This document shows positions 48,024 to 56,496 of a stretch of 64,000 nt of DNA, one piece after another. Location of the stretch: the NCBI GenBank assembly GCA_047608145.1, contig JASGDC010000033.1, positions 3,979 through 67,978 on the forward strand. The letters run 5' to 3'. Within the stretch, counting starts at the first letter, position 1. The number at the start of each line of letters is the position of its first letter. The translations under genes and the position numbers were made by a program. Under the pieces are notes generated by a model. The model ran no database searches, was not told where the DNA came from, and saw nothing but the letters and a program-made list of their open reading frames with translations. The stretch comes from Micrococcaceae bacterium (GTDB lineage Bacteria; Actinomycetota; Actinomycetes; Actinomycetales; Micrococcaceae).

Positions 48024-49829
48024 TTAATTAGTAGCTCGTTTACGTTCGCTAAGTGTTTTAAAAGCCTTTTTAATAGTATCTATATAATGAGCAGTACCTT
48101 CTTGATTTGGGTGAAAACCAGAAGAGTCTAACCATTGATTATTAGCTTTTGCTTGGGATGCCCAATCAGCAACAATAACGTTGTTATGTCTTTTTGCAAC
48201 GTTATTATAAATTCCAACATATTCTGCACATGTTTGTGCTTTAGGTTTATTTTTATTGGCAATAGCATAACAATTTACCAGTACAACTTCGTGATTTGGC
48301 CCGATACGGTTTAACAAATCATCAAGATAGGCTCCATTAGGTAACCCCATATTAGTCCCAGCCACAATAAGTACAGCTGGACGTAGAGTATCACTTGCTA
48401 TTTGTTCATCAATAACTGTTGAAGTTTCTGGCCATGCCCTCCCAATTTTTGCATCTAGGGCTACACCAGGGAATTCGCTTACTAAATCTGGTTTACTAAT
48501 TACAAGCATTGAATCACCAATTGCACTTAACTGTTCACCTTTGGGATAGAACCAAGTATCTCCCTGTGGTAATTCCATGCTGGCTGCTCCCTTAGTTGAT
48601 TTTACCTGTTGCTGCATCGCAGCTTCAATCCTAATCTGCCCTTTTGTCTTAGTAGGAGCAATAAATAACGCAGTAATTGTTAATCCTAAACAAAGCACCC
48701 AAACTGTACCAATTACAAAAGCAGAACGAGTAAATCTAGAAACTTGGTGGAAATATAAAGCTAAAGTACGCCGCAAACCACTACGCAAGATTGGAGCTTC
48801 AATAAAACTATAGGAGACTTCAGCACATAAGAAAGCAATAATTAATACAATAAACGGCAAGATATATGAGAAATATTTATCAGCATTTAACTGCATGCTT
48901 AGTTGTTCTAAAATCACAAAAATTGGCCAATGCCATAGATAAAGTGAATAAGAACGAGTACCAATCAAAACAAAAGGATAGGTACTCAATAGTTTTTGCA
49001 GGGGGCCAGTTTCTGTTAAGAAAGTAGCAAGCAATAATGCAGTTAGGACACTCACTAATAAAAACCCGTAATGGTAAGTATTGGCGTTATTGTAATCAAA
49101 TTTAAAAAACGAAATTATAATACCAAATAACGATAAAACACCAATCGGAACCTTAACTTTACGCCAAACCTCGTTATAAAACATAAAAGGTTTATTGACA
49201 TATATATAAGCTAATATCGCACCAATATAAATACCGAATGTGTGTGTATCAGTTCCATAATATACTCTGCTAGCATCATTTGGGTTATATAAAATATTCA
49301 TCAACAGATAACTACCTGTTGCAATTAAAATTGAGATAAATAAACTTGCACGGAAGTTAATAGCCAATAAAAAAGCAATGGTTATCGGCCAAAGAATATA
49401 AAATTGCTCTTCTACTCCAAGCGACCATAAGTTTTGTAACAAAGCAGGCTGATCATTATTGAAATAGTTGGTACCGCTAGCAATTTCCACCCAGTTTGAG
49501 GAAAAAGTAATAGCTCCAAGTACTTGCCTGCGCAACTGCACAATTAAGTCTGTATTCACCAACATGGCAAAACCACAGACAAAAATTAACATTGTATATA
49601 AAGCTGGCAAAATCCTACGGGCACGTTTAACCCAGAACTGTTTTAAATTAATAGCCCCTTTTTTTACTACTTGATCTAAAAGGATTTTCGTAATTAAGAA
49701 TCCACTAATTACAAAGAAAACATCTACGCCCAAAAAACCACTTGGCACCCAAGATTCATTGAGGTGGTAAAAAATTACAGCCAAGACGGCAATTGCGCGC
49801 AAGCCGTCAATACCTTGGATTCTTTTCAT
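48024..49829 (-). CDS. Acyltransferase-3 family O-acetyltransferase with C-terminal SGNH-like domain (OatA-like)
   Basis: 601 aa. IQGIDGLRAIAVLAVIFYHL N-terminus, about 10 TM segments, and a soluble C-terminal domain (GDSM...). Confidence 0.8.
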   Translation of the reverse strand: MKRIQGIDGLRAIAVLAVIFYHLNESWVPSGFLGVDVFFVISGFLITKILLDQVVKKGAINLKQFWVKRARRILPALYTMLIFVCGFAMLVNTDLIVQLRRQVLGAITFSSNWVEIASGTNYFNNDQPALLQNLWSLGVEEQFYILWPITIAFLLAINFRASLFISILIATGSYLLMNILYNPNDASRVYYGTDTHTFGIYIGAILAYIYVNKPFMFYNEVWRKVKVPIGVLSLFGIIISFFKFDYNNANTYHYGFLLVSVLTALLLATFLTETGPLQKLLSTYPFVLIGTRSYSLYLWHWPIFVILEQLSMQLNADKYFSYILPFIVLIIAFLCAEVSYSFIEAPILRSGLRRTLALYFHQVSRFTRSAFVIGTVWVLCLGLTITALFIAPTKTKGQIRIEAAMQQQVKSTKGAASMELPQGDTWFYPKGEQLSAIGDSMLVISKPDLVSEFPGVALDAKIGRAWPETSTVIDEQIASDTLRPAVLIVAGTNMGLPNGAYLDDLLNRIGPNHEVVLVNCYAIANKNKPKAQTCAEYVGIYNNVAKRHNNVIVADWASQAKANNQWLDSSGFHPNQEGTAHYIDTIKKAFKTLSERKRATN

Positions 49830-49865
49830 GCCACCTCTTTCTTAAACATTCTACAATACGAATTA

Positions 49866-49893
49866 TTGACACCGTTGACTTGGGTGTTAAAAT
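49866..49893 (+). promoter_or_regulatory. Candidate sigma70-type promoter of the first APC permease
   Basis: TTGACA (49866-49871), a 16-nt spacer ending TGT, then TAAAAT (49888-49893). Lies 55 nt upstream of the ATG. Confidence 0.5.
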
Positions 49894-49947
49894 GTTCAGA
49901 AACCAAAATGCAGTTGACCAGTTTTGTAGTTAATTTTAAGGAGAAAA

Positions 49948-51285
49948 ATGGCATCTGAGCCCAATGCAAGTCAAGATGGACTAAAACGTACTTTGACTTT
50001 CTTTCCAGCATTATCGACTGTCATGGGAACAGTTATTGGCGCTGGCGTTTTCTTTAAAGCTGCTAGTGTAGCTGAAACGACTGGCACTACTAGCTTACAC
50101 ATGCTTGTTTGGCTTTTGGCTGGCTTAATTACCATTGCAGCTGGTTTAACTGCAGCAGAACTTGCAGCAGCAATTCCAGAAACTGGTGGCATGCTGCGTT
50201 ATATTGAACGTGCTTATGGTAAGTTTGCCAGTTTCTTATTAGGTTGGGCTCAAGTAATTATCTACTTCCCAGCTAATGTTGCTGCACTAGCAATTATTTT
50301 TGGTACCCAATTTAAAAACTTATTCGGTCTTTCTACTGCGGTAGTCGTTCCAGTTGCTATTATTGCAGCTCTGACAATCATGGGCATTAATGCTCTTGGT
50401 TCCAAAACTGCTGGAACCTTCCAATCAATCGCTTTAGTGGCGAAACTGATTCCCTTAGCACTAATTGTAATCTTTGGCTTATTCAGCAATGCATCAGTGC
50501 AAGTTAGCCTATTTCCAGTACAGGCAGGAGTCAATACTGGTGGTATTGCTACTGCTTTAGGAGCTGGATTGTTAGCTGCAATGTTTGCTTATGACGGCTG
50601 GATTCATGTAGGAAATATTGCTGGCGAACTAAAAAATCCTAAACGTGACTTATCTCGAGCTATTGGTTTTGGATTAGTTGGAGTAATGGTAGTTTATCTA
50701 CTAGTTAACTGGGTTTATTTGCGTACTTTACCTATAGAACATATCTCTGGAAATGAAAATGCCGCTATGCAAGTAGCACAGCAAATATTTGGTGATTTGG
50801 GTGGTAAGTTAGTTACCATCGGTATCTTGATTTCGGTATATGGTGCTATCAATGGATACTCCATGACTGGAATGCGCTTACCGTACACCATGGCACTTAA
50901 GAATGAACTGCCATTTTCTAAGTATCTTGTTAAGTTAAATCGCAATCATGCACCTTATGCATCAGGCACATTACAGTTAGCAATAGCTATCATAATGATG
51001 CTGCTAGGTGGCTTTGATACTTTAACCAATATGCTGGTATTTGTAATTTGGATTTTCTATGTTCTAGTGTTTATCGCAGTATTTATCTTACGTAAGAAAG
51101 AACCAGGGTTAGAACGACCATACAAAGTACCTCTGTACCCAGTGTTGCCAACAGTTGCAATCCTTGGCGGGGTATTCATTGTCGTGATGACTTTAATCAC
51201 ACAATTCCAGCTAGCTATGATTGGAATTTTCCTTACAGCTCTAGGTATTCCGCTATATTTATACATGCAGAAAAAACAGTCATAA
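49948..51285 (+). CDS. APC-superfamily amino acid permease (LAT/SteT-like), copy 1
   Basis: 445 aa, 12 TM segments, AAELAAAIPETGG signature. Confidence 0.85.
   Translation: MASEPNASQDGLKRTLTFFPALSTVMGTVIGAGVFFKAASVAETTGTTSLHMLVWLLAGLITIAAGLTAAELAAAIPETGGMLRYIERAYGKFASFLLGWAQVIIYFPANVAALAIIFGTQFKNLFGLSTAVVVPVAIIAALTIMGINALGSKTAGTFQSIALVAKLIPLALIVIFGLFSNASVQVSLFPVQAGVNTGGIATALGAGLLAAMFAYDGWIHVGNIAGELKNPKRDLSRAIGFGLVGVMVVYLLVNWVYLRTLPIEHISGNENAAMQVAQQIFGDLGGKLVTIGILISVYGAINGYSMTGMRLPYTMALKNELPFSKYLVKLNRNHAPYASGTLQLAIAIIMMLLGGFDTLTNMLVFVIWIFYVLVFIAVFILRKKEPGLERPYKVPLYPVLPTVAILGGVFIVVMTLITQFQLAMIGIFLTALGIPLYLYMQKKQS
50086..50193 (+). repeat. Near-identical tract shared with 51525-51632
   Basis: 108 nt with 2 mismatches against the paralog, while flanking codons are much more diverged. 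Confidence 0.8.
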
Positions 51286-51342
51286 AATAGGCATAAATCC
51301 CTATACGCAAGTTAATGTTGTGTGCTAGAATTTTCAGCAACT

Positions 51343-51363
51343 GAAGTGCTGAAAAAGCACTTC
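51343..51363 (+). terminator. Intergenic hairpin between the permease paralogs
   Basis: GAAGTGCT-GAAAA-AGCACTTC, a perfect 8-bp stem followed by ATTATTAAT. The U tract is weak, so this may be a partial terminator or a processing site. Confidence 0.35.
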
Positions 51364-51386
51364 ATTATTAATATATAGGAGAAAAA

Positions 51387-52730
51387 ATGGCATCCAAACA
51401 GCATGGTAGCCACGATGACCTTAAAAGAACCTTGACCTTTTTCCCTGCACTGTCTACAGTAATGGGGATTGTCATTGGTTCTGGAGTCTTCTTTAAAGCT
51501 GCCAGTGTAGCTCAGATAACTGGAACTACTAGCTTACACATGCTTATTTGGCTTTTGGCTGGTTTAATTACCATTGCAGCTGGTTTAACTGCAGCAGAAC
51601 TTGCAGCAGCAATTCCAGAAACTGGTGGCATGATTAAGTACATCGAGCGTGCTTACGGAAAACTGCCGAGTTTCTTACTAGGCTGGGCCCAAGTAGTCAT
51701 CTACTTCCCAGCTGTAGGTGGTGCTTTATCAATTATCTTTGCTACGCAGTTTAAAAATCTATTTGGACTTCCTGATAGCAGCTTAGTACCAATAGCTATA
51801 ATTTCCATCTTATTCTTTTATGGAGTTAATTTACTTGGTTCTAAAGTTGCTGGAACTTTCCAAGCAGTGGGGCTGGTAGCAAAGCTAATTCCGCTAGCTT
51901 TGATTGTGATTTTCGGGCTATTTGCTAAGAATCCAGTGCATGTCAGCTTATTCCCAATTCAGGAAGGACCTGAAACTGGTGGATTAATGACTGCTCTAGG
52001 TGCTGGTTTGCTTTCTGCAATGTTTGCTTACGATGGTTGGATTCACGTAGGAAACGTAGCTGGTGAGCTAAAGAACCCAAAGCGTGATCTAGCACGCGCA
52101 ATTGGCGGTGGCTTGTTTGGTGTCATGGCAGTCTACCTACTTGTAAACTGGGTATTCTTGCATGTATTACCATTTAATCAGCTTGCTGGTAACGAAAATG
52201 CACCGATGGATCTTGCGCACCAACTATTTGGTAATTACGGTGGAAAACTAGTAACTATCGGTATCTTAATTTCAGTATTCGACACTATTAATGGTTATAC
52301 TATGACTGGAATGCGCCTACCGTACACTATGGGTCTAAAGGAAGAACTGCCATTTTCGGATAAGTTAACAAAACTAAACCGTAATCGAGTTCCATATTTA
52401 GCAGGACTTCTAACTCTAGTACTAACTACAGTTATGATCCTACTTGGCGCTTTCGAAACTTTAACCAATATGTTGACGTTCGTAATTTGGATTTTCTACG
52501 TTTTGGTTTTCATTGCAGTGTTTATCTTGCGTAAGAAAGAACCTGAGCTAGAACGCCCTTATAAAGTGCCGTTTTACCCAGTCGTACCATTGGTTGCAAT
52601 ATTAGGTGGAACTTTCATTGTGATAATGACATTATTTACCCAGTTCCAGCTAGCTATGATTGGTATTTTACTTACCCTTGCTGGTATCCCACTGTACTAC
52701 TACATGCAAAAGAAACAACCCCAAGAATAG
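51387..52730 (+). CDS. APC-superfamily amino acid permease (LAT/SteT-like), copy 2
   Basis: 447 aa, collinear with copy 1 along its full length. Confidence 0.85.
   Translation: MASKQHGSHDDLKRTLTFFPALSTVMGIVIGSGVFFKAASVAQITGTTSLHMLIWLLAGLITIAAGLTAAELAAAIPETGGMIKYIERAYGKLPSFLLGWAQVVIYFPAVGGALSIIFATQFKNLFGLPDSSLVPIAIISILFFYGVNLLGSKVAGTFQAVGLVAKLIPLALIVIFGLFAKNPVHVSLFPIQEGPETGGLMTALGAGLLSAMFAYDGWIHVGNVAGELKNPKRDLARAIGGGLFGVMAVYLLVNWVFLHVLPFNQLAGNENAPMDLAHQLFGNYGGKLVTIGILISVFDTINGYTMTGMRLPYTMGLKEELPFSDKLTKLNRNRVPYLAGLLTLVLTTVMILLGAFETLTNMLTFVIWIFYVLVFIAVFILRKKEPELERPYKVPFYPVVPLVAILGGTFIVIMTLFTQFQLAMIGILLTLAGIPLYYYMQKKQPQE
51525..51632 (+). repeat. Near-identical tract shared with 50086-50193
   Basis: See the partner feature. 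Confidence 0.8.
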
Positions 52731-52761
52731 TTTGGAACAATCAATCGCACTATTTTAGATT

Positions 52762-53940
52762 ATGAAGCAATACAACTCTAGAAACGCTTTGCTTGCTATG
52801 GCAATCGGCGGCTTAGGTATCGGTACGACTGAATTTGCAGTTATGGGCCTATTACCTCAAGTCGCCGATGGTCTTAGTATCACAATCCCGCAAGCAGGGC
52901 ATATTATTTCAGCTTACGCACTCGGTGTGGTAGTTGGTGCTCCTCTTTTTGCAGTACTAACTGCTAAATGGAACCGGAAAGTTACTTTAATCATGTTAAT
53001 GGTACTTTTTACTATTGGTAACACCTTTTCTGGCCTTGCAGTTAACTACCCTATGATGATGGTATTTCGTTTTGTCTCTGGACTACCACACGGAGCTTAT
53101 TTTGGGATTGCAGCTGTAACTGGCGCTGCTTTAGTCGGTAGAGCAAAACGAGGTTATGCAGTTTCCATGGTAATGATGGGTCTTACTATCGCCAATGTCA
53201 TTAGCGTGCCTTTGATTACATTACTTGGTCAAAATATTGGTTGGCGTTGGGCTTTTGTAATCATCGGAATCATTGGTCTAGCTACTATTTTGGCAATTGC
53301 GCTAGCAGTGCCTAATGTTACTGCTGATAATAATGCCTCAATGAGCAAAGAACTCACTGCACTAAAAACACCACAAGTACTACTTACTTTAATTACTGGA
53401 ATGATTGGTTTCGGTGGCTTCTTTGCAGTTTACAGTTACATTACCCCTACTATGACTGATGTTACTGGCTTTACTCCTGCTGCAGTAACAGTAATCCTAA
53501 GTATCTATGGTCTAGGGATGACTACTGGAAATTATATTGGTGGTAGAGCTGCAGACTGGAGAATTAAGAATAGCATCTATATCTTTGGCGCTGGGATGGC
53601 AGTTACCTTATTCATCTTCACTTTTGCAGTACACAGTAAAATAACTGCGGTAATCCTAGTATTCTTAATGGGATCTATGGTTTCTGCCTATACTCCAGCT
53701 CTCCAAGCTAGGCTGATGGAAGTTGCAAATGATGCACAAAACTTAGCAGCTAGCCTTAATCACTCTGCACTTAACATTGCCAATGCACTTGGTGCTTGGC
53801 TTGGTGGACTAGTAATTGCTGCAGGTTACGGATATGTGGCACCAGCTTGGGTCGGATGTGCGTTAGCACTTGCTGGTTTAGTAAGCGCCTTTATAATGTT
53901 TAGTCTTGATAAAAATAATGGTCAAATTGAAACAATATAG
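52762..53940 (+). CDS. MFS transporter, DHA1-type efflux-like (AraJ/NepI/YdhP-like)
   Basis: 392 aa, 12 TM segments, GLGIGTTEFAVMGLLP N-terminus. Confidence 0.8.
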   Translation: MKQYNSRNALLAMAIGGLGIGTTEFAVMGLLPQVADGLSITIPQAGHIISAYALGVVVGAPLFAVLTAKWNRKVTLIMLMVLFTIGNTFSGLAVNYPMMMVFRFVSGLPHGAYFGIAAVTGAALVGRAKRGYAVSMVMMGLTIANVISVPLITLLGQNIGWRWAFVIIGIIGLATILAIALAVPNVTADNNASMSKELTALKTPQVLLTLITGMIGFGGFFAVYSYITPTMTDVTGFTPAAVTVILSIYGLGMTTGNYIGGRAADWRIKNSIYIFGAGMAVTLFIFTFAVHSKITAVILVFLMGSMVSAYTPALQARLMEVANDAQNLAASLNHSALNIANALGAWLGGLVIAAGYGYVAPAWVGCALALAGLVSAFIMFSLDKNNGQIETI

Positions 53941-53955
53941 AGAGTATGAGGAATC

Positions 53956-54270
53956 TTGGCTTGGGCAATTCTAGTATTATCTGGAGTTCTTGAAGCTGTT
54001 TGGGCTGCGGCCTTGTCAGCTACTGATGGTTTTAAAAAATGGAAACCAACAGTTATCTTTTTAGTCGCAATAATTCTAAGTGTCGTTGGACTGTCTTATG
54101 CAATGACCCAATTACCTACCGGAACTTCTTACGCCGTTTGGACCGGTATCGGCGCAGCTTTAACAGTAATCTGGGGAATGGCAACTGGTAAAGAAAAAGC
54201 AACTACAGCTCGGATATTATTATTAGTTCTATTAATTGGTTCTGTAATCGGGCTTAAGGTGGTGAGCTAA
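53956..54270 (+). CDS. SMR family protein, SugE/Gdx-like, subunit 1
   Basis: 104 aa, TTG start. Membrane Glu in LSGVLEAVWAAAL, plus GTSYAVWTGIGA. Confidence 0.85.
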   Translation: MAWAILVLSGVLEAVWAAALSATDGFKKWKPTVIFLVAIILSVVGLSYAMTQLPTGTSYAVWTGIGAALTVIWGMATGKEKATTARILLLVLLIGSVIGLKVVS

Positions 54271-54629
54271 TGCCTTGGTTGATTCTAATAATTAGTGCAT
54301 TATTTGAAGCAATATGGGCTACTGCCCTTGGGATGTCTGATGGCTTTAAACATTTGATACCTACAGTTATTTTCGTAGTTGCCAGTGTAATTAGTATGGC
54401 TGGCTTAGGCTATGCATTAAAGCATATTCCAATCGGTACCGCCTATTCTGTTTGGACCGGTATCGGCGCAGCCCTGACTGTAATTTATGCAATGGCTACT
54501 GGTAATGAAACCGTCTCTATTTTAAAAATAGTGTTCTTATGTGGAATTATCGGTGCAGTAATTGGGCTAAAGCTAGTATCAGATGGCTCTGAAATTACCA
54601 ATAATTCAGCAAAAACACAAAAAACTTAA
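54270..54629 (+). CDS. SMR family protein, SugE/Gdx-like, subunit 2
   Basis: 119 aa. ISALFEAIWATAL and GTAYSVWTGIGA. The start overlaps the upstream stop (TAATG). Confidence 0.85.
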   Translation: MPWLILIISALFEAIWATALGMSDGFKHLIPTVIFVVASVISMAGLGYALKHIPIGTAYSVWTGIGAALTVIYAMATGNETVSILKIVFLCGIIGAVIGLKLVSDGSEITNNSAKTQKT

Positions 54630-54667
54630 AAATTTTCTCAGATTGATATGATTTTTTGCCTTGTTTC

Positions 54668-54696
54668 TTAGACAATAAAGGTACATAGCGTTATAT
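54668..54696 (+). promoter_or_regulatory. Candidate promoter of the ATP-grasp gene
   Basis: TTAGAC, a 17-nt spacer, then TTATAT. Confidence 0.3.
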
Positions 54697-54756
54697 AGTA
54701 AATGTTAATAAGGTAACTAAAATAAGTTCCCTAAAAAATGGAAGGACACAATTACT

Positions 54757-55944
54757 ATGAAAAAAGTAGTTATGCTTGAAGCATCAGTTTTCGGTTTGCC
54801 ACACATTATGGAAGCAGCACAAAAGTTTGATGTACAGCTTGTCCTCCTCGCTGCAGATCGTAATCGTTATTTAAGTTGTTTAGATGAATGCATGGAACAA
54901 GGTCTTGAAGTTATTGATGTAGACACAATGGATGTCGATGCCTCTGCTGAGGCAATTAAAAAGATTGATGATGTTGCCGGAATCATGGGCAATACTGGTT
55001 CTTGGGCGCCAGTTGGTGCACGAGTCGCTAAAAAACTTGGTTTCCCTGGACAAGACCCTGAAACTGTAGACTTCTTGCGCGATAAAAAGAAGACTCGTGA
55101 GCGTTTAGTTGAAGCTGGTATTTCAAAGACTCGCTCTTTTGATCCAAATCAAAAAGATGTTTTGGGACAGATGAAAGATGCAAACATCACTTTCCCAATT
55201 ATCTTAAAACCAACTAGTGGTAGTGGTAGTCGTGATGTATTCACCATTCATACTGAAGAAGAGTTCAATGAAAAACTAAAGGAAATTGATCCTAAAAATT
55301 TCTTAATTGAGACTTTCATTAAAGGCCCACTTTATAGTGCTGAACTATTCGTACAAAATGATAAAGCTAATCTACTTGGCGTCTCTGGTCGTATCTTGAC
55401 TGAGTTACCAGTAGTACAAGAAGAAGCTGCATTCTTCCCTGCTCATTATAGTGAAGAATACTACAAAGAGATTGAAGAGTGGATGCAAAGTATCATTGAT
55501 TCTACTGGTTTTGGTTCTGGCTTCATGCACGCTGAGTACATGCAAACTACTGAAGGCCCTGAAATCGTTGAGATTAACCCACGCTTAGGTGGTGGCTTGA
55601 TTGGGGAATGTATCATCGGTTCTACTGATATAAATATCTACGAAGCAATGATTTCAGTAGCTCTTGACGAAAAATCTGATTTACTAACTAAGACCATCGA
55701 GTACCCTAAAGGTACTGCTCAGGTACTTAAGTATGTTCACAAAACTGGCAAAATCACTTACGTTACGCCAATGCCACAAGGTTTTCCAGGCAATCCGCAG
55801 TTCTACTCTTCACGAACAGAAATCGAAAGCCTTGAAGGTCAAAGTGCAAACTACGGTATTGTTTATGCAGAAGGTGAAAACGCGCCAAATGCTCTAGATA
55901 ACGTACTAGCCATAGCTCGACTAATTGTGGCTGAAGTAGAGTAG
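54757..55944 (+). CDS. ATP-grasp superfamily ligase (carboxylate-amine ligase type, substrate unknown)
   Basis: 395 aa. FPIILKPTSGSGSRDV (ATP Lys region) and PEIVEINPRLGGG (E-x-N Mg/ATP motif). Confidence 0.75.
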   Translation: MKKVVMLEASVFGLPHIMEAAQKFDVQLVLLAADRNRYLSCLDECMEQGLEVIDVDTMDVDASAEAIKKIDDVAGIMGNTGSWAPVGARVAKKLGFPGQDPETVDFLRDKKKTRERLVEAGISKTRSFDPNQKDVLGQMKDANITFPIILKPTSGSGSRDVFTIHTEEEFNEKLKEIDPKNFLIETFIKGPLYSAELFVQNDKANLLGVSGRILTELPVVQEEAAFFPAHYSEEYYKEIEEWMQSIIDSTGFGSGFMHAEYMQTTEGPEIVEINPRLGGGLIGECIIGSTDINIYEAMISVALDEKSDLLTKTIEYPKGTAQVLKYVHKTGKITYVTPMPQGFPGNPQFYSSRTEIESLEGQSANYGIVYAEGENAPNALDNVLAIARLIVAEVE

Positions 55945-55961
55945 AAACTTAAAACTTTATT

Positions 55962-56029
55962 AAAGTGGAGTTGCCATCAAAGCTGGATATCAATTAAATT
56001 ATCCAATTTTGTTTGAAACTCCACTTTTT
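55962..56029 (+). terminator. Long-range hairpin with T run after the ATP-grasp gene
   Basis: AAAGTGGAGTT (55962-55972) pairs with AACTCCACTTT (56017-56027). Inner GGATA/TATCC hairpin, followed by TT. Confidence 0.4.
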
Positions 56030-56057
56030 ATATGTTTTCTTTACAAAAAGGAAAGAA

Positions 56058-56471
56058 ATGTTGTAAATACTATTTTAATACGCCAAGCTCAAGGTCAAGA
56101 CTTAAGCCAAGTTATGGAAATTATTAATCAAGCAAAACAACTTCTTAAAGCTGATTGGTTCTACACAGTGGCAAAGCAATGAACCAAGTGAAACAACTTT
56201 AACGGAAGATATTAGAAACAAAAACTGCTATCTGATTATCGTTAATAACCAAATAGCTGGAACAGCGACATTAATACCTGCCCCTGATCCACTATATAAA
56301 ATATTGATAACCTTCAAATATTACGGTTCCGTTCATATTAATAATGGGGTTGGCTATAAAAATTTTGTCTATGAGTTAGTTTTAAAACTTAATTTAAACT
56401 TCTTTAAAAGATTTATGAAATTTTATATGCAGTTTTCACTAAGATATATTAAAATTATTATTCATCCTTAA
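56058..56471 (+). pseudogene. GNAT N-acetyltransferase remnant (two frameshifts, 3' part degenerate)
   Basis: ATG at 56058 hits TAA at 56064. A second frame (from 56063) reads NTILIRQAQGQDLSQVMEIINQAKQLLKAD. From 56154 the reading returns to the ATG frame: GSTQWQSNEPSETTLTEDIRNKNCYLIIVNNQIAGTATLIPAPDPLYK. The acetyl-CoA-binding half is not recognisable. Confidence 0.55.
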
Positions 56472-56496
56472 TTTTTAATCATAGGAGCTGAAAATA

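Noticed and set aside
52731-53955. Guanidine (ykkC, mini-ykkC or guanidine-III) riboswitch ahead of the SMR pair.
   Set aside because: The intergenic spaces are only 31 nt and 15 nt. There is no room and no matching hairpins.
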